Under the pieces are notes generated by a model, which made no database searches, had not been told where the DNA came from, and saw only the letters and a list, made by a program, of their open reading frames with translations. The position numbers and the translations under genes are program-made. From assembly GCF_021869535.1 (NCBI RefSeq), contig NW_026262712.1:24614001-24678000 (forward strand): DNA of 64,000 bases. Direction: 5' to 3'. Every line of letters starts with the position of its first letter. Within the stretch, counting starts at the first letter, position 1. Positions 38,101-51,425 of the stretch are shown one piece after another. This DNA is from Mytilus californianus (taxonomy: Eukaryota).

Positions 38101-39724
38101 TTGAATTAAAATTTCATCAAATATAGAATTGAAAATAATTTGTCAACTCCTATTTTGAACCGCATTTTGAATTTTAACGAACTTGTATTATTTTCCTTTT
38201 ACTTGAATATACAACATTTCGAACACACATGAAAACCAAACGCACCCTACAATGATTGTCACTTTCACGGTAACATTCAACAAACACTACTAAACAAATG
38301 AACAATAAAACCTAACAGCATTTATATATATAAAAAAAACTTAGAATTTCTAATGTGAACATTGAATGCGTGCGATAGTAACTGCAAAAGACCTTTGAAA
38401 AATTGCCTAATATAATGTGAGTTTATAACTAGAAACCTGAATCGTGTCGGTTCATACGTGATACATATTCGGAATTGAAATTCAGATAAAATGCAACAAA
38501 TTAACCAAATAGTTTGTTATTACTAATACATCAAGTCAACAGGGTCGATGGAGGTAATATACGGCGGATTTACGGTTGTAATCTACACCTTTACTGCACG
38601 TGGAAATAATTACTAGGTGAAAATGGTAATTTGTAGGTATTATTTAAAGAAAAAATTAAGATGCTCTAGATTTTACATAAAGGACTTGTTAAAAATCTAT
38701 GAAGTCATAGACATAGTCTATTGTCATCATCGAAGTTCAGGAGTAAGCATATTTACCAATTTCAATCACAAATCATGTTTGTCAAGGGGTGTATTATGAG
38801 ATTAATCTACAGAAACAGCAGTGAAGTTTTTGATGAAAGTTGGGTAACTTCAGTTAATGCCCTTTTTACATCATTGGCATATAAATTTAAAAAAAAAAAA
38901 ATCTTTGAGTAACCTTTGCCATATCTAATTAAAATATGGTAAAATATGCAATAAATTTGAATGACACGCGTTATAATTGAATAAATGATCACAACTAATT
39001 TGCAATAAACGAAATATATATTTGACCCCTTTGACTATTAAATTATTGATCACAATTGAAATTGATAAAAAGACATAAGTGAATATATTACAATCAGATA
39101 AAAATAAGCAAAAGCATTGACCAAGCACACAAAAGTGATCGAGTGCGAGGATTTTAATCATTTTCAAATACATTAAAGAAGATTAATACTTGTAATAACA
39201 ATTGTTTGTAAGGAATATAAATTGAAAAATTCATAATCAAATTCCTGAAATAATAATAGAATCTTTTATTTCATATGGATACATTAAACGAGCTGTAAGT
39301 CTTTGATACTAGAAAAAAACTTCGATATAGAGATATATAACGGAAGGAAATTTTCTGAAACGTCATTTGGTGTTGAAAAAACTGAATTATTCAAAAAAAT
39401 ACTAATTAAAAAAAGTTCACATTATGAAATTCGATTTCTTTTTGGTAAAAACAAGCTTCATTGTAATGAAAGTAAGTAATAACATACGATTTTTACTACT
39501 GAAGTCTAGTATATGTCTTAATATGCACAATGTTTAATGTTGTGAGGTTCCAAATCCGTTTTTTCTTCTGTCTTCTTTTTAAAATTTTTACCAAGTTTTC
39601 TGTTTCGAAATTGTGTTTGACCATTATTCTGTTTTTTCGTATATGTTAGCTTCCCATTATTCATGTTATTTTCGAGTTTTTTTTCCCATTTTGTCTGTTC
39701 TATAAACCCCATCCTGCTATAATC

Positions 39725-39920
39725 AGGAAAAAGAAAAACAACAAAAATACCGAACTCCATGGAAATTTCAAAACGGAAAGTCCCTTAAAATTTTGTAAAA
39801 TCAAAAGGTCAATTACATCAATAAAATGGAAAACAACTGTCATATTCCTGACTTGGTACATACATCTCTTTGTGTAGAAAATGGTGGATTAAACCTGGTT
39901 TTAAAGCTAGCTAAAACTCA
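39725..39920 (-). mobile_element. PLE family A 3' tail
   Basis: aacaactgtcatattcctgacttggtaca...ggattaaacctggtttt...gctagctaaa. Confidence 0.8.
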
Positions 39921-40099
39921 CACAGGAACAATTTAATAATTTATAGGGACACGTGAGATAAGTCAGTTGTGAAAGCATTACTATCAGTCATTTCAGACTA
40001 TCGACAGCAATACGTTAACAAATAAATATATAATTACTTATAAAAAATAAGCAACATAGTAATTTGAATATAACAAAATTATAAACTGTTACACAATTG

Positions 40100-40305
40100 T
40101 GAGCAGAATCTGCTTACCCATCCGGAGCACCTGCGAATTCCCATGGTTTTTGATGGGGTTCTTGTTGCTCAGTCTTTAGTTTGTCTTTGTTGTTTTTTAT
40201 GTACTGTTTGCCTTTTTGTCGTTTTCGTTTTTTGCCATGACATTATCAGTTTGTTTTCGACTAATGAGTTTTAATATCCATTTAGTATCTTTCGCCTCTC
40301 TTTTT
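40100..40305 (+). mobile_element. PLE family C 3' tail
   Basis: gcttacccatccggagcacctg...ggggttcttgttgctcagtctttag...gtatctttcgcctctctttt matches the tail of 49767-50606. Confidence 0.8.
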
Positions 40306-40683
40306 CAAAGTTTTGTGTAGTGTTTTGTAACTTGTTGTTTAGTTGTTTTTCGACATCTTTCGTTTTGCCATAATAGACTAATTCCACACATGGATTTGGA
40401 TATCAAATTTGTATCATCTTCCCTTTCTTAATTTTAAATCGTACATGTATAAACCAAAGGTTTCAATTACATTTCGCAAATACATCGTTTAAAGGGGAGT
40501 TAGATAAGATATAATGCGATTTTGTAATACAATGATAATGTTGAGCTGTATATTTTACATGATAAAGTTCCAGTAGCGAATTACACTTTATTCAAGACAT
40601 TTGAGTCAACTGATATTGAAAGTGGGCACAGTCTCTGCAAGCATGATATAACATTCATCCTACATAGAAGGATTACAATTTTG

Positions 40684-40800
40684 TACGCCAGACGCGCCTT
40701 TAGTTTACAAACGATTCATCAATGATGCTCGAATCAAAATAGCTAAAAAGGCCAAATAAAGTACGAAGTTGAATAGCATTGAGGAACAAAAATTTCGAAG
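40684..40800 (-). repeat. Degenerate copy of the hammerhead repeat at 9285
   Basis: tacgccagacgcgcctttagtttacaaacgattcatcaatgatgctcgaat...aaaaaggccaaataaagtacgaag. Confidence 0.65.
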
Positions 40801-40939
40801 GCTTTTAAAAGATATACAACAGAACCTACACCTTCCCGGTGGAGCATGTATGCAACTCGAATCAATTTCACAAGTGGTACATATAAACTTATGATTATTT
40901 ATTGACCGGAAACCGCTTTTTACTATTCATACTTTGACA

Positions 40940-41800
40940 ATGTTACTAAGCACTTGTTCTACCTCTATGACAAATATGTTGTTCTCCAAGCAGATGCAGT
41001 CCCAAACAAACATTGTTTTTGTGTGTAAATCACATCACATGAACTCCTTGAAAAAGGAATTAGGAATGTAGCGCGTACCCCCTCGATATTTAGTAAGGAG
41101 GAAATCCTGAATAATCATAGGTCTTTCAACTAAAGATAAAAATCGTTTTGACTTATGACTTTTATACCCTTTACATATGTATTCACAATTCCAAATTTAA
41201 AGACAGCATAATTGATCCTGCTTGGTTTCATAGAAAAGGATGACCAAGGTAGAAACTAGTATCTTGTCTTAGGGATGGATAAAGAATATTTTGTAAAAAA
41301 AAAACACTGATTCAAACAAAAAATTCTCTGAAACTGACAAATCAAGATGCTTGATTTCTTGATGCACAATTTGTTTGTTTCGTTTGGATGACGTTTTATT
41401 ATGAATAATGAACATACGATGGCATTAACCCTTTACATGTTTAACTTCACGCTCCGCTAAAAATAGGTCTTGACTTACATCTACAAATTGTCAATGAGTG
41501 TCGATTTGGATGATTTCAGCTTCCTTACTATGGACTTTCCATTTCTATGAAGTACAATTCAAGGAGCGCTTGAATATACAGTATATATCTACTATTTGAT
41601 ACAATATTCCAGAGCTTGAATTTCCAACCATGATTTCCTTCATGAGTTGCTGCTTACAAGGCAGTGTTGAAATTGAAATTACCCTTTCGAAAATATAACG
41701 GACGTCCGAATTGTCTATGGCAAAATCCCGTCTTTTTTCCCTTGAATTGGAACCACCGAATAAATCTTATCGCCGGGTTTCTGCTAAAACGAGTAAGACG
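40940..41800 (+). mobile_element. Decayed, internally deleted PLE family C RT fragment
   Basis: Remnants LYDKYVVL...NIVFVCKSH, YDF...HNSKFKD, ...KKFSETD..KMLDFLM.NLFVSFG, DLHL...DDFSF...DFPFL. Confidence 0.65.
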
Positions 41801-41860
41801 GATGCCACATGAAAAGCAAGATCTGCTAACCCGTTGATGCTTAAGCAATTATGTTCACCA

Positions 41861-42890
41861 ATATAAAAAGAAGATGTGGTATGATTGCCAATGATACAAC
41901 TCTCCACAAGAGACAAAATGACACAGAAATTAACAGCTATAGGTCACCGTACGGTCTTCAACAATGAGCAAAGCCCATACCACATAGTCAGCTATAAAAG
42001 GCCCCGCAATCACAAATGTAAAACAATTCAAAATAAAAAACTAACGACCATATAAATGTACAAAAAATGAACGAAAAACAAATATGTAACACAGCCACCA
42101 CTGAATTACAGGCTCCTGACTTAATTGGGACAAGCACATACATACATAATGTGGCGGGGTTAAACATGTTAGCGGGATCCCAACCCTTTCCCCAACCTGG
42201 GACAGTGGCGTAACAGTGCAACATAAGACCAAACTATACAAATCAGTTAAAAAGGCTTAACTCATCAGATGGATACAAATAGAAAAACATATAACGCCCA
42301 GTGTGGACGTGACCGGGTACTTGAACATCCCAAAAACAAAAAGACACTAAGTACAGATCTGAGAGTACTCGCAGTTACTGACAGCTAGTGCAAAGCCAAT
42401 AACAACCAATGAAAAAAATCATGCATCTAAGACTAAATTATCAATCAGTGCACACAGAGAAAAACATGTCCACGATACAGGAGTCGACAAATTGTAGATC
42501 AATGAAAGTGCATATGTATATAGCAATAATATTTTGTTTGGTTTCAATTTACTGATAACAAAATCAATATTAATACCAATAAAAACGATATTCAAAGATC
42601 TAATGACAGTGTTACACTGGTAATCTTCTAGAATACGTTTATTTAAAGGATCGATTAGTTTACCAGGATCGTATCTTAATTTCCGGGCAAGGTAATCAAC
42701 ATCTCCGTAAAATTGAGGATGTGCTATCCCGTTTGAAATAAGTTTTCTACAGGTAAAACCGAACTTCAAAACCAAATCTTTATATCTATGGAAGAATTTA
42801 GTAAAAGTTTTAAGTAATTTGTGGTAACGAAATCCCTTACTTAAGTCCATTTTGCCAATAAAGTTCGCAAGTACTTAAACATCCTCGGCT
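41861..42890 (-). mobile_element. PLE family B, 5'-truncated (RT thumb plus 3' tail)
   Basis: ORF 42419-42850 (KGFRYHKLLKTFTKFFHRYKDLV...GIAHPQFYG). The tail ends in caatcataccacatcttctttttatat. Confidence 0.85.
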
Positions 42891-45300
42891 TTCAAATTTC
42901 AGATTATGAAAGTTCCTGGTTAAGGTGGATGAAAATGTGATACAGATATTCCAATTTAAAATGATATTCATATTTGTTTAAAAAAAATTAACGAACAATC
43001 AGAATCGTCGAGAAAAAAAAACCATCCATTACAGTGCCTTTATATCTATGTGCAGAGTGCCCAAAAAGTGTAGTCTTCCACGCAAAGGGTGCCCTTGAAG
43101 GGTAGCGAATCACGCTTAGAGTGCCTTCTGAGAAAAAAAATTACCCTGCCCTTTTCAAAAGCTGCAGGAAACACAAACAGAACAACAAACTACATCACTA
43201 ACATCTACTAATAGAAGATAATGACGATGTTGAAATAGTATTATGTATTTTACTATTTTTTAAAAATAGTTGATATTGTTTAGGTGTCATTTTTCATTAA
43301 AAAAAATGGAAAGACAGTGATATACCATCTAACGTCAGCATGTTATGAATATTCATCGAGGCTACTGATATTACCGAAAACATATGTTCTTTGTTAAGAA
43401 TATTACGTTCTTACCTTTTACAATATGGAAGAACATTTGTAAATGGAATATTGTTGAATACATCTCGAACTAGAAATTTAAACTTTGATGAACTTTTGTT
43501 AAATGATGACGACTTACACTTATACACTAATATATAATCAATAAAAGTACACATGCGTACTGCAGCTGGCGTTTTTAATTAGTCGTATAACCAATCATAT
43601 TGTATGCTTTCTGTTTGTTCGTACTACTAGGTTAAGAAACCAAGTTCCTTTTCTGTCTGTTTTTTTTTTCTTTAAAAACATTTTGTGTATCATATTTCTA
43701 ATAGTGATATGTATAAAAACTGCAGCATTAAGGAAGCATTTTTCAATTTAATTAAGACGCCTTTAATTTGCAGGAGATAATGGAAACGGTAACCAGCAGA
43801 TTTATTTGGATCAAAACAATGCACAGGACAACATGCTAATCATACTCAGTAGAGGAAAATAACGCTTGACTACTTAATACAGCAAACAATAACACACAAT
43901 ACCAAATCAATCACTTAGTTATCTGATATAAAGATCAGAGGAATTTACCTGCTGATATGAAATCGAAGTGTCTTTCATTAATCAAAAAGACAATATAAGG
44001 TTAAAGATGTAAAAACACATTCACAAAAGATGATTGAAAGATAAATGGTATAATGCTTGATAGATTGTTGTTTTCTTTGCACCAAATACATAAATCCGAC
44101 TAATTAATGGATTAATTATGAAACATACAATATACACTATACAATAACAAATCATTAATTCAGACTAGAAAGATAATCTCAGGTTAACTTTTTGTATTTG
44201 AAATACTGAAGAACTTCGCTACAAAGTTCCATGGCTGACCAAAAACCCTATCTTAGGAATCATGTACCCTTATATCAATGCCAGCGAAACCCTAGTGTAG
44301 GATCTTACTAGAAAATGAGAACAAAAAACATAATTCTGTTTGTAGATATGAAAGGAAAACATATTGTAACTACAACTGTGTCTATGACATCATGGGGACA
44401 ACAATCGCAATACAACTATGAGTGTATAACCATTCCACTTAAAAAACTATTATATCGATCAAAATGCAAAACTATCCAAAAGTGTGTTCTTTAATTATCT
44501 CCAAAGAAATACGATGTAGAATTGTTAAATACATAAAGCAGTCGCTTTACAACCTACATTTTTTGGCGCTAAAAATTCATACGCCTAACATGTACATTTA
44601 TTAAACATGCGCATTAAGACAATGATACGTATGTGCCGTTGGATTTTTTTTATGCCTAACGGCAAGTGGCAAATATTTCATAAAATAAAAAAGTTAAACA
44701 TAGAATCAAATAAGTCGTCCTCTTATATTAATTGAATGTTATATTGAATCATGTTATTTATTTTGAGGACAAAACAGGACACTTTAAAAGGTTTAATCGT
44801 TGGTATGGTATCGAGCATATCTATAAAAGGTTATTGAATATACACGTGTTGTTTGCATCAATATTTAATACCATTTTATTTAACTATCATTTTCTGAAGG
44901 TACCTCCTACTAGTTTGCAATTGTTTTGTATTAATAAAATTAATGAGTAATGAAAAAAATGCCATAATTGAGTTTCTAGTTTATAGAACTATGGTATTGT
45001 GCCTATCTGATGATGCAACATCTTCGGACAAACATTACGGCTTTGATTGACCTAATAAGGTTATTTTAGTTTAAATCTTTATAAATTTAATATAAATGTT
45101 GATTCCCAAACGTTTGGTCCTAATTGTACCTGCCATGTATCAAAACATGTTGACCTTCTTACTTTAGTAAACCTTTATATAAAGTACAGGTGAAGCTTAG
45201 CTAAAATAGAATCACAGATAATTCTTTCTTAATTTCATTTCTGCCAAATTAAACAATTGCATCATCACTTATTCAATATTTTTTTCTGTTTATTTGATGT

Positions 45301-45424
45301 CTAAAAGTAACAACCAAGACATGCGGTGTTCCCGTTGTAGCATTTACTATAACATATCCATCCGGCTTCGGTTTGATGTGGTATGTCAGTCACAATGTCT
45401 GATCCAAATGACAGTATCTCACAT
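45301..45424 (-). CDS. PAN-type exon 2 (terminal coding exon) of paralog C
   Basis: Acceptor ccatttcag|A, phase 2. Open frame CEILSFGSDIVTDIPHQTEAGWICYSKCYNGNTACLGCYF* joins in frame to 46201-46369 (AA+A = Lys). Confidence 0.7.
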
Positions 45425-45725
45425 CTGAAATGGACAAACGTTTATGTTGCTAAATAATATGGTGAATTTGATGTATGTCTATTGGCGTTTGGAGGAGCTA
45501 TTTGTACGATCCATGCAGTTCTACATCCTTAAAAATCCAATAAATAATATATTGTCCTGAACGTTAATTTATCGGATACTTTACCATACTGATGTAATTT
45601 GTGCAATTGTTTAAGATTTCAAATTCAACTCAGTCTGGGGGTAAATTAATATATGCCTTTTTAACACTATCACATACGCAAGTGGTATTCTTAGCTCACG
45701 ATATTGCTGTCAATAAAGCAATTGT

Positions 45726-45894
45726 NNNNNNNNNNNNNNNNNNNNNNNNNNNNNNNNNNNNNNNNNNNNNNNNNNNNNNNNNNNNNNNNNNNNNNNNNNN
45801 NNNNNNNNNNNNNNNNNNNNNNNNNNNNNNNNNNNNNNNNNNNNNNNNNNNNNNNNNNNNNNNNNNNNNNNNNNNNNNNNNNNNNNNNNNNNNN
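45726..45894. other. Assembly gap (169 N)
   Basis: Run of N. It lies in the predicted intron between the two PAN exons. Confidence 1.
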
Positions 45895-46200
45895 AATTTA
45901 CGGCTTTAAACAATGAGCAATTTTTAAATGTTTTGTTATTAGATATATGATTATTATCTTGAATGTAATTAAAAGCTGTTTTAATCCTGTTTTTATCTAA
46001 GACAATTTACAGATAGTGAACATGTGGAACATGTGGAGACGCGTTTCTATTGTTGCAGATTGTATGTAAACTCCTTGGTGTTAATATTGCTGTATAACTG
46101 ATTGATTGGTTAATTGTTTCGTTTTCTTATTATTTCAGTTTTATAATATTTTGTATCACTTTATATGGCGTCGTCTGAATAATACTTTTCTTACACAAAC

Positions 46201-46369
46201 TTGTTCATATCAGTGTTGAAATTATAACCCATACATATTGTCAACAGTCCACAGCGTGTAGCACACTCGATTTGAGATGAACATTGAATGTCATCAACTA
46301 CAACCATAGCACTCTCGTTGTTGTAAACCATACTACAGCTATCAAAACGACCGGCAAATTTATCTGAAA
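46201..46369 (-). CDS. PAN/apple-type exon 1 of paralog C
   Basis: Acceptor aatacag|TT (phase 1). Open frame SDKFAGRFDSCSMVYNNES...QCSSQIECATRCGLLTICMGYNFNTDMN contains the C-x3-C-x5-C-x2-Y-x-F PAN motif. Donor AA|gtttgt (phase 2; non-optimal donor). Confidence 0.75.
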
Positions 46370-46594
46370 CTGTATTAAATATTATTTTCTACATTTTATT
46401 CAAAAAGAAATTATAATTGATGACATTAATGGACAAGAATTTTGGTAGTAAAACAACATGTCTTTTGATCAAATACATTCCTAATAAATTTATACAGTAT
46501 AAAATATAACAGCAAAATGAATGAAACAACAAAAACGACTTAACTCAGTTTTACACTTGAAACTATACTAAAATGTATACGACAAAAAAGATAA

Positions 46595-47760
46595 TTTTTA
46601 ATTGCATATTCTTAATTTTCCTCTTTTAGACGGTGATGTTACTTTGGCACCATCATTCGGTGTTTTTTTAATAAAACAAGTACGCTTTGTCTGTGTATAT
46701 TGTGACGTTTTAAATTTCAATGAAAGTAGTCTATGTATCACTGGTAAATTATTTAGTCAGGGATTTCGATACCACAAATTTCTTAAAACATATACTAAAT
46801 TCTTCCATAGATACACATTTTTGGTTTGCAAATTTGGCTGTACCTGTAGAAAACTTATTTCGAACGAGGTAGCACATTCTAATTTTACGGAGATGTTGTT
46901 AAACGAGCCCGAATATTTAAATGAAATTCGGGTAAACTTATCGATCCTTAAAATAAACTTATTTTAACAGGTTACCAATTCCACAATATAATTAGATCTT
47001 TTAAAATTGTTTATATTTGTATTAATATTGATTTTGCTATCAGTAAATTAGAATCAAACTAAACATTATGTCTATATACATATGCACATACATGGCTCTA
47101 CATCTGTCGATACGTGTCTCTTGGAATTGCACAAGGTCATGTTTTATCGTAGTACGTCTATACATTACATCGATTGGATGTTTGATTTATTGTATAAGTT
47201 GTTATTGGCTCTGAACTAGCTACAAGTACCTGTGAGTACTCTCAGATCTGTACTTAGTGCCTTTTTGTTGTTGGGATGTATGAGTAACCTGCTACGTCCA
47301 TTCTGTGTTTATTTAGACATGTAAGATGTATTTCTGATTTGTATCCATCTGATGAGTTGAGCCGTTTTGAACTGATTTTTATAGTTTGTTCTTATCTTGT
47401 ACTGCTACACCACTGTGTCAGGTTAGGGGAAGGCTGGTGCCTTCAAACTACTTTATATCCCGCCACATTCTGTATTTGCCTGTCCTAAGTTAGGAGTCTG
47501 TAATTCAATGGTTGTCGATTGTTGCTGTATATCGTATTTGTTTGTCGCTCATCACTTCATACTTATTCATGCCGTTAATGTTCTCGTTTGAATTGTTTTA
47601 CATTTGTCAACCGGTGTCTTTTATATCTGACTATGCGGTATTGGTTTTGATCATTGTTTAAGGCCGTACTGGGACCTTTAACTGTTAATTTCTGTGTCAT
47701 TCGGTCTAGTGTGTAGAGTTGTTTTATTGATAATCATACCACATCTTCTTATTTTTATAT
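46595..47760 (+). mobile_element. PLE family B, 5'-truncated
   Basis: ORF 46602-46967 (FPLLDGDVTLAPSFGV...QGFRYHKFLKTYTKFFHRY) plus the same tail as 41861-42400. Confidence 0.85.
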
Positions 47761-47910
47761 AGACAATTGCCTGCCAAACGGACAAAAGCATGTTTATAAC
47801 AAAATGTTGTTGAAACCGTCAAATTCCGATTTATTTCATTCACAATCGAGTTCTGGAATAAAACGCGAAAGCTTTGTCAAACTATATGTCTGATGAATTA
47901 TAAGCTTTAA

Positions 47911-48299
47911 GGAAGTTCGTTACTCAGTTTCAAAATAACAAGCTTTTCATAACACTAATATACATTGATAGGGGATTAATAAAGGAAACAAAAAAGCGAA
48001 ACAAATATAGGTCCGTGTGCTTGTTTTCCAGATATTAGCCATTTAAAATTTGGCGGGAAAATGTTCTTTCTTGATATTTCATGGCTTCATCAATGACAAG
48101 TTTATGATCTCAAAAACTATTTAAAAATAACAAAGATTTTATAAGACTTTTACAGATGGCTTATTTTTATACATGTAAAAGATTTATAGAAAGAAAAATA
48201 GGGGTTCGTAGCCAAAAAATTTCTAAGGCTTTCACATGGATAAAACCAGAGGATTCTGAAAATCTGACACAAAATCCAAAACATGACAAGCGAACATCC
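47911..48299. mobile_element. TTAA/TTGA-flanked MITE (Kolobok-like)
   Basis: Left end TTAA|GGAAGTTCG; right end CGAACATCC|TTGA. Confidence 0.65.
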
Positions 48300-49425
48300 T
48301 TGAGTGGGATTCTACATGTATCTTCTATCCATGAATTACGATTTTAACTACGTTAGAACCAGATCTATAGATTAACTTAAACATATAATCATTCTTGCTG
48401 CTTATATTTTTCTCCGTTTTCATTGCATAAGCCAACATAACAAAAAAGGTATTTTGAGGACAATAGAATAACATTGGTATTTTCTTTCATTCATAAATAA
48501 AAATTACGCTTATATGTAGAAATGATTTGATATGAACATTAACACCTAATAAGAAATTAATACACAATTTTAGAGATTGTGTTGACTTATTGCGATATAT
48601 TACCATGACAATAATTCCTTGCTGCTTACAGATTGATCTATCACCATACATTATACATATATGTATTATTGCTCTAGAGTAATTTACACATGTAAAAAGG
48701 GGATGGAAGTGTAGTTACGAAATTTGGAACATATTTGCTTTCAATTGTGGGACATTATTTTGGTCTAGAGCCTATACAAAAGTTACTTTGCGTTTTTTGT
48801 TTTATCTATGTACATTGTGGTAATGTCTATTAATTCCAATGCATTTAAGCTAAAAAAAAGAGTCAAAGAAGTGCTTTATCGAACCTACTGATTTCAACAT
48901 ATAGCTTATTTGACGAAATAAGATAAAATAAAATAAAAATTTAAAATTACAGTTGCATAATGAGCATTGTTCATAATTGAAAAAAACATTAAACAACATT
49001 TGGATCATTAATCTTAGCGATGTAGAGAATCAAAAGAAGCACACAATGAAATATTGTGTTTGTTTCAATGTAACAAAAAAAGAATAAATGAAGCACGCAA
49101 TTGAACACTTTATTATTAATTTAGAATATAAAAATGTCATACACATTGTAAAGTTGGTCAACCTGGAATATAATTGATGCTCAAATCTAGACATGAATGT
49201 ATTAATGTTGAATACAAAAATGCAGCCACCAGTTCTTTTATCAATTCAATAAAATAAAAGGAGGACTTAGTTAAGCATCAATTTATATTAAATTGAATAT
49301 AGAATGAAAAATAATTTAATAACATTCCTTATATTTATAAATAATAAACAAATTAACAACACATTTGACCATAACGTATACTTTAATCGTTGTTGATTAA
49401 AAAAAAGTAAATATTTGTACATTAC

Positions 49426-50776
49426 CTTCTAAATATATTTTCCCCTCCCCTGTTTCAGGAAAGCCTGTATATACTACAATACCTCCCACTTCAAAAGGAT
49501 TTGTATTTATCCAATGTATTTTCAGCAACCACAGGCCCAGTTCCATATGCGATATTTCTGCCGGCCCAACTTATCCAAAATGGAAGATATATATCACAGT
49601 TAGTAATATTTGGATTATTTAAGAATTGCATATAATAGCTACCAGCATTTAATGAATCGTTTGGTCGATACAAAATTCGCGTCCTTGTGTTACGACTATT
49701 ACCAAATTGTATCTCATACAATGGTTTAGACGAATCTTTTACATCGGAATTCGAAAAAAGGACAAAAAAGAGGGACGAAAGATACCAGAGGGACAGTCAA
49801 ACTCGTAGATCAAAAACAAACTGACAACGCCATGGCCAAAAATAAAAAGACAAACAGACAAATAATAGTACAGATGACACAACATAGAAAACCAAAGACT
49901 AAGCAACACGAACCCCACCAAAAACTGGGGATGATCTCAGGTGTTCCGGAAGGGTAAGCAGATCCTGCTCCACATGTGGCACCCGTCGTATTGCTTATGT
50001 TATTACAAATCCGGTAAATAGTCTAATTCGGTAAGTCACATTCGTGAAAAGGGAAGGGTATTGAAGTTACGACATAAGGAACATATCCGATATCATCTGT
50101 GAAACGATTATTCCATAACGGTCAACCAACTCCTGATGGCGTCCGTAAAATTTACGAAGGAATGATTTCAACTTCACCATTTAGAACTCTTGGTTTAATA
50201 GCTTCCTTGTGAGCAGCAATCCTCTATCAAGGAAATCATGAAAGGAAACACAAGCCCGGGAATATCGTATCAATTGGGAGATATATACTCCGTATGCAGG
50301 CGCTGCTGGAATGTTGCTACATAGAAATGGAAAGTTCACAATTGGGAAGCTGAAATCATCTCTTTTGTCGTAAAGTTTTGATTTCAACCGACCCTCATTG
50401 TCAATTTCTAGATGTAAGTCAAGATATGAGGCAGACTTAACTGTATCTGTAGTATCCTTTATCTCTATTTCGATTGGATAGATTCGTTCAACATAGTCAC
50501 CAAATTTTGTATTATTTGGTGAGAGAACATCATCTATATAGCGGAATGTAGAGTTAAAGGATATTGTTAACTTCTTATCTTTCTTCCTAAGAAGTTCCTG
50601 TATGAAGACAAATGCATCTTTACATGCCTTTACTTAATATATCAATGAAGTTATTCCAGTAATATCGAGGTTATAGTCATTGATGGCTGTACTGTACTTC
50701 ATAATATCAGGTGTCCGGCGAGAAGATATACGTTGTCCAATGTTTGGAGTGGATACGTTATTTATGATATCCATAC
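49426..50776 (-). pseudogene. FAMeT-like exon of paralog C, inactivated by a nonsense codon, a PLE insertion and an 8-nt deletion
   Basis: Closely similar to 16033-16545 with both splice sites kept. TAA at 50634-50636 aligns with Glu in A. Insertion at 49767-50606 and an 8-nt deletion near 49508. Length check: 1351 - 846 = 505 = 513 - 8. Confidence 0.9.
49767..50606 (-). mobile_element. 5'-truncated PLE family C insertion (840 bp) with a 6-bp TSD
   Basis: GACAAA at 49761-49766 and 50607-50612. Frame FIQELLRKK...FRYIDDVLS...SASYLDLHL...LYDKRDDFSFPIVNFPFL...PAYGVYISQLIRY, then the family C tail. Confidence 0.92.
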
Positions 50777-51289
50777 CTACAAATAATATATAGAAATAAA
50801 TTAATAAATACATCAAGGGTATTGCCGGTCTATTTGAAAAAAAGAAATTGCATTCTGTCATAATGATTATGACTTCTTCCAGATCACGTATGTCCCGTTG
50901 ATTTTTAAATGAAAGGCACGACATCTGCCATGTATGCAGTTAAGTCTGTTTTTATCATATCTTGATAAGAAATCGTCAGTTAGCTTTAGTTGGAGGATAC
51001 AAAGTATTATTTCTATTTTCCCTTAAGTTTGGGAACGTTTCCTCTCTATGAATATCACCCAGTTGATACAATACCCAATATGTTACGTTAACTATCAAGA
51101 TTTCCTTTAAGAAATAAGTTATTCAGCCTGTAATTTTTATGGTACGGTTAAAGACACTTCGTCGAACATTTATGGACACTTTAATGACTTGGTTGCCTTT
51201 TTCCGTTTGAAACTTGTGTCTCGTAAGCCCATGTATTGATCTATTTTTGTTGTTAAGTGCCACAGTTCAACACTACATGCCTATTTTTT

Positions 51290-51425
51290 TTTAATGACCA
51301 GACAGAACAACAGCACTTGGGAGAGAAAACTGGCAATCGTAGTCAATGAAGACTCACAACATCGGTGTTGACAGATAAGCGATTGCTGTATATAAACTAG
51401 TTAGACTATTCGGCCACCGATGGCC
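51290..51425 (-). mobile_element. Degenerate tRNA-derived SINE-like head
   Basis: Minus strand has ggtggccgaatagtctaa (A-box-like) and gttgtgagtc (decayed B-box region). It does not fold into a tRNA cloverleaf. Confidence 0.45.

Noticed and set aside
45601-45916. ORFs spanning poly-X
   Set aside because: Artefacts of the assembly gap.
46191-46200. Premature stop truncating the PAN domain of paralog C
   Set aside because: A phase-2 GT donor at 46200 joins to 45424 and restores the missing Cys (NKCEIL), so the TAA is intronic.
51290-51425. tRNA gene
   Set aside because: Only an A-box-like motif remains; the B-box and acceptor stem are decayed. It is better read as a SINE head.
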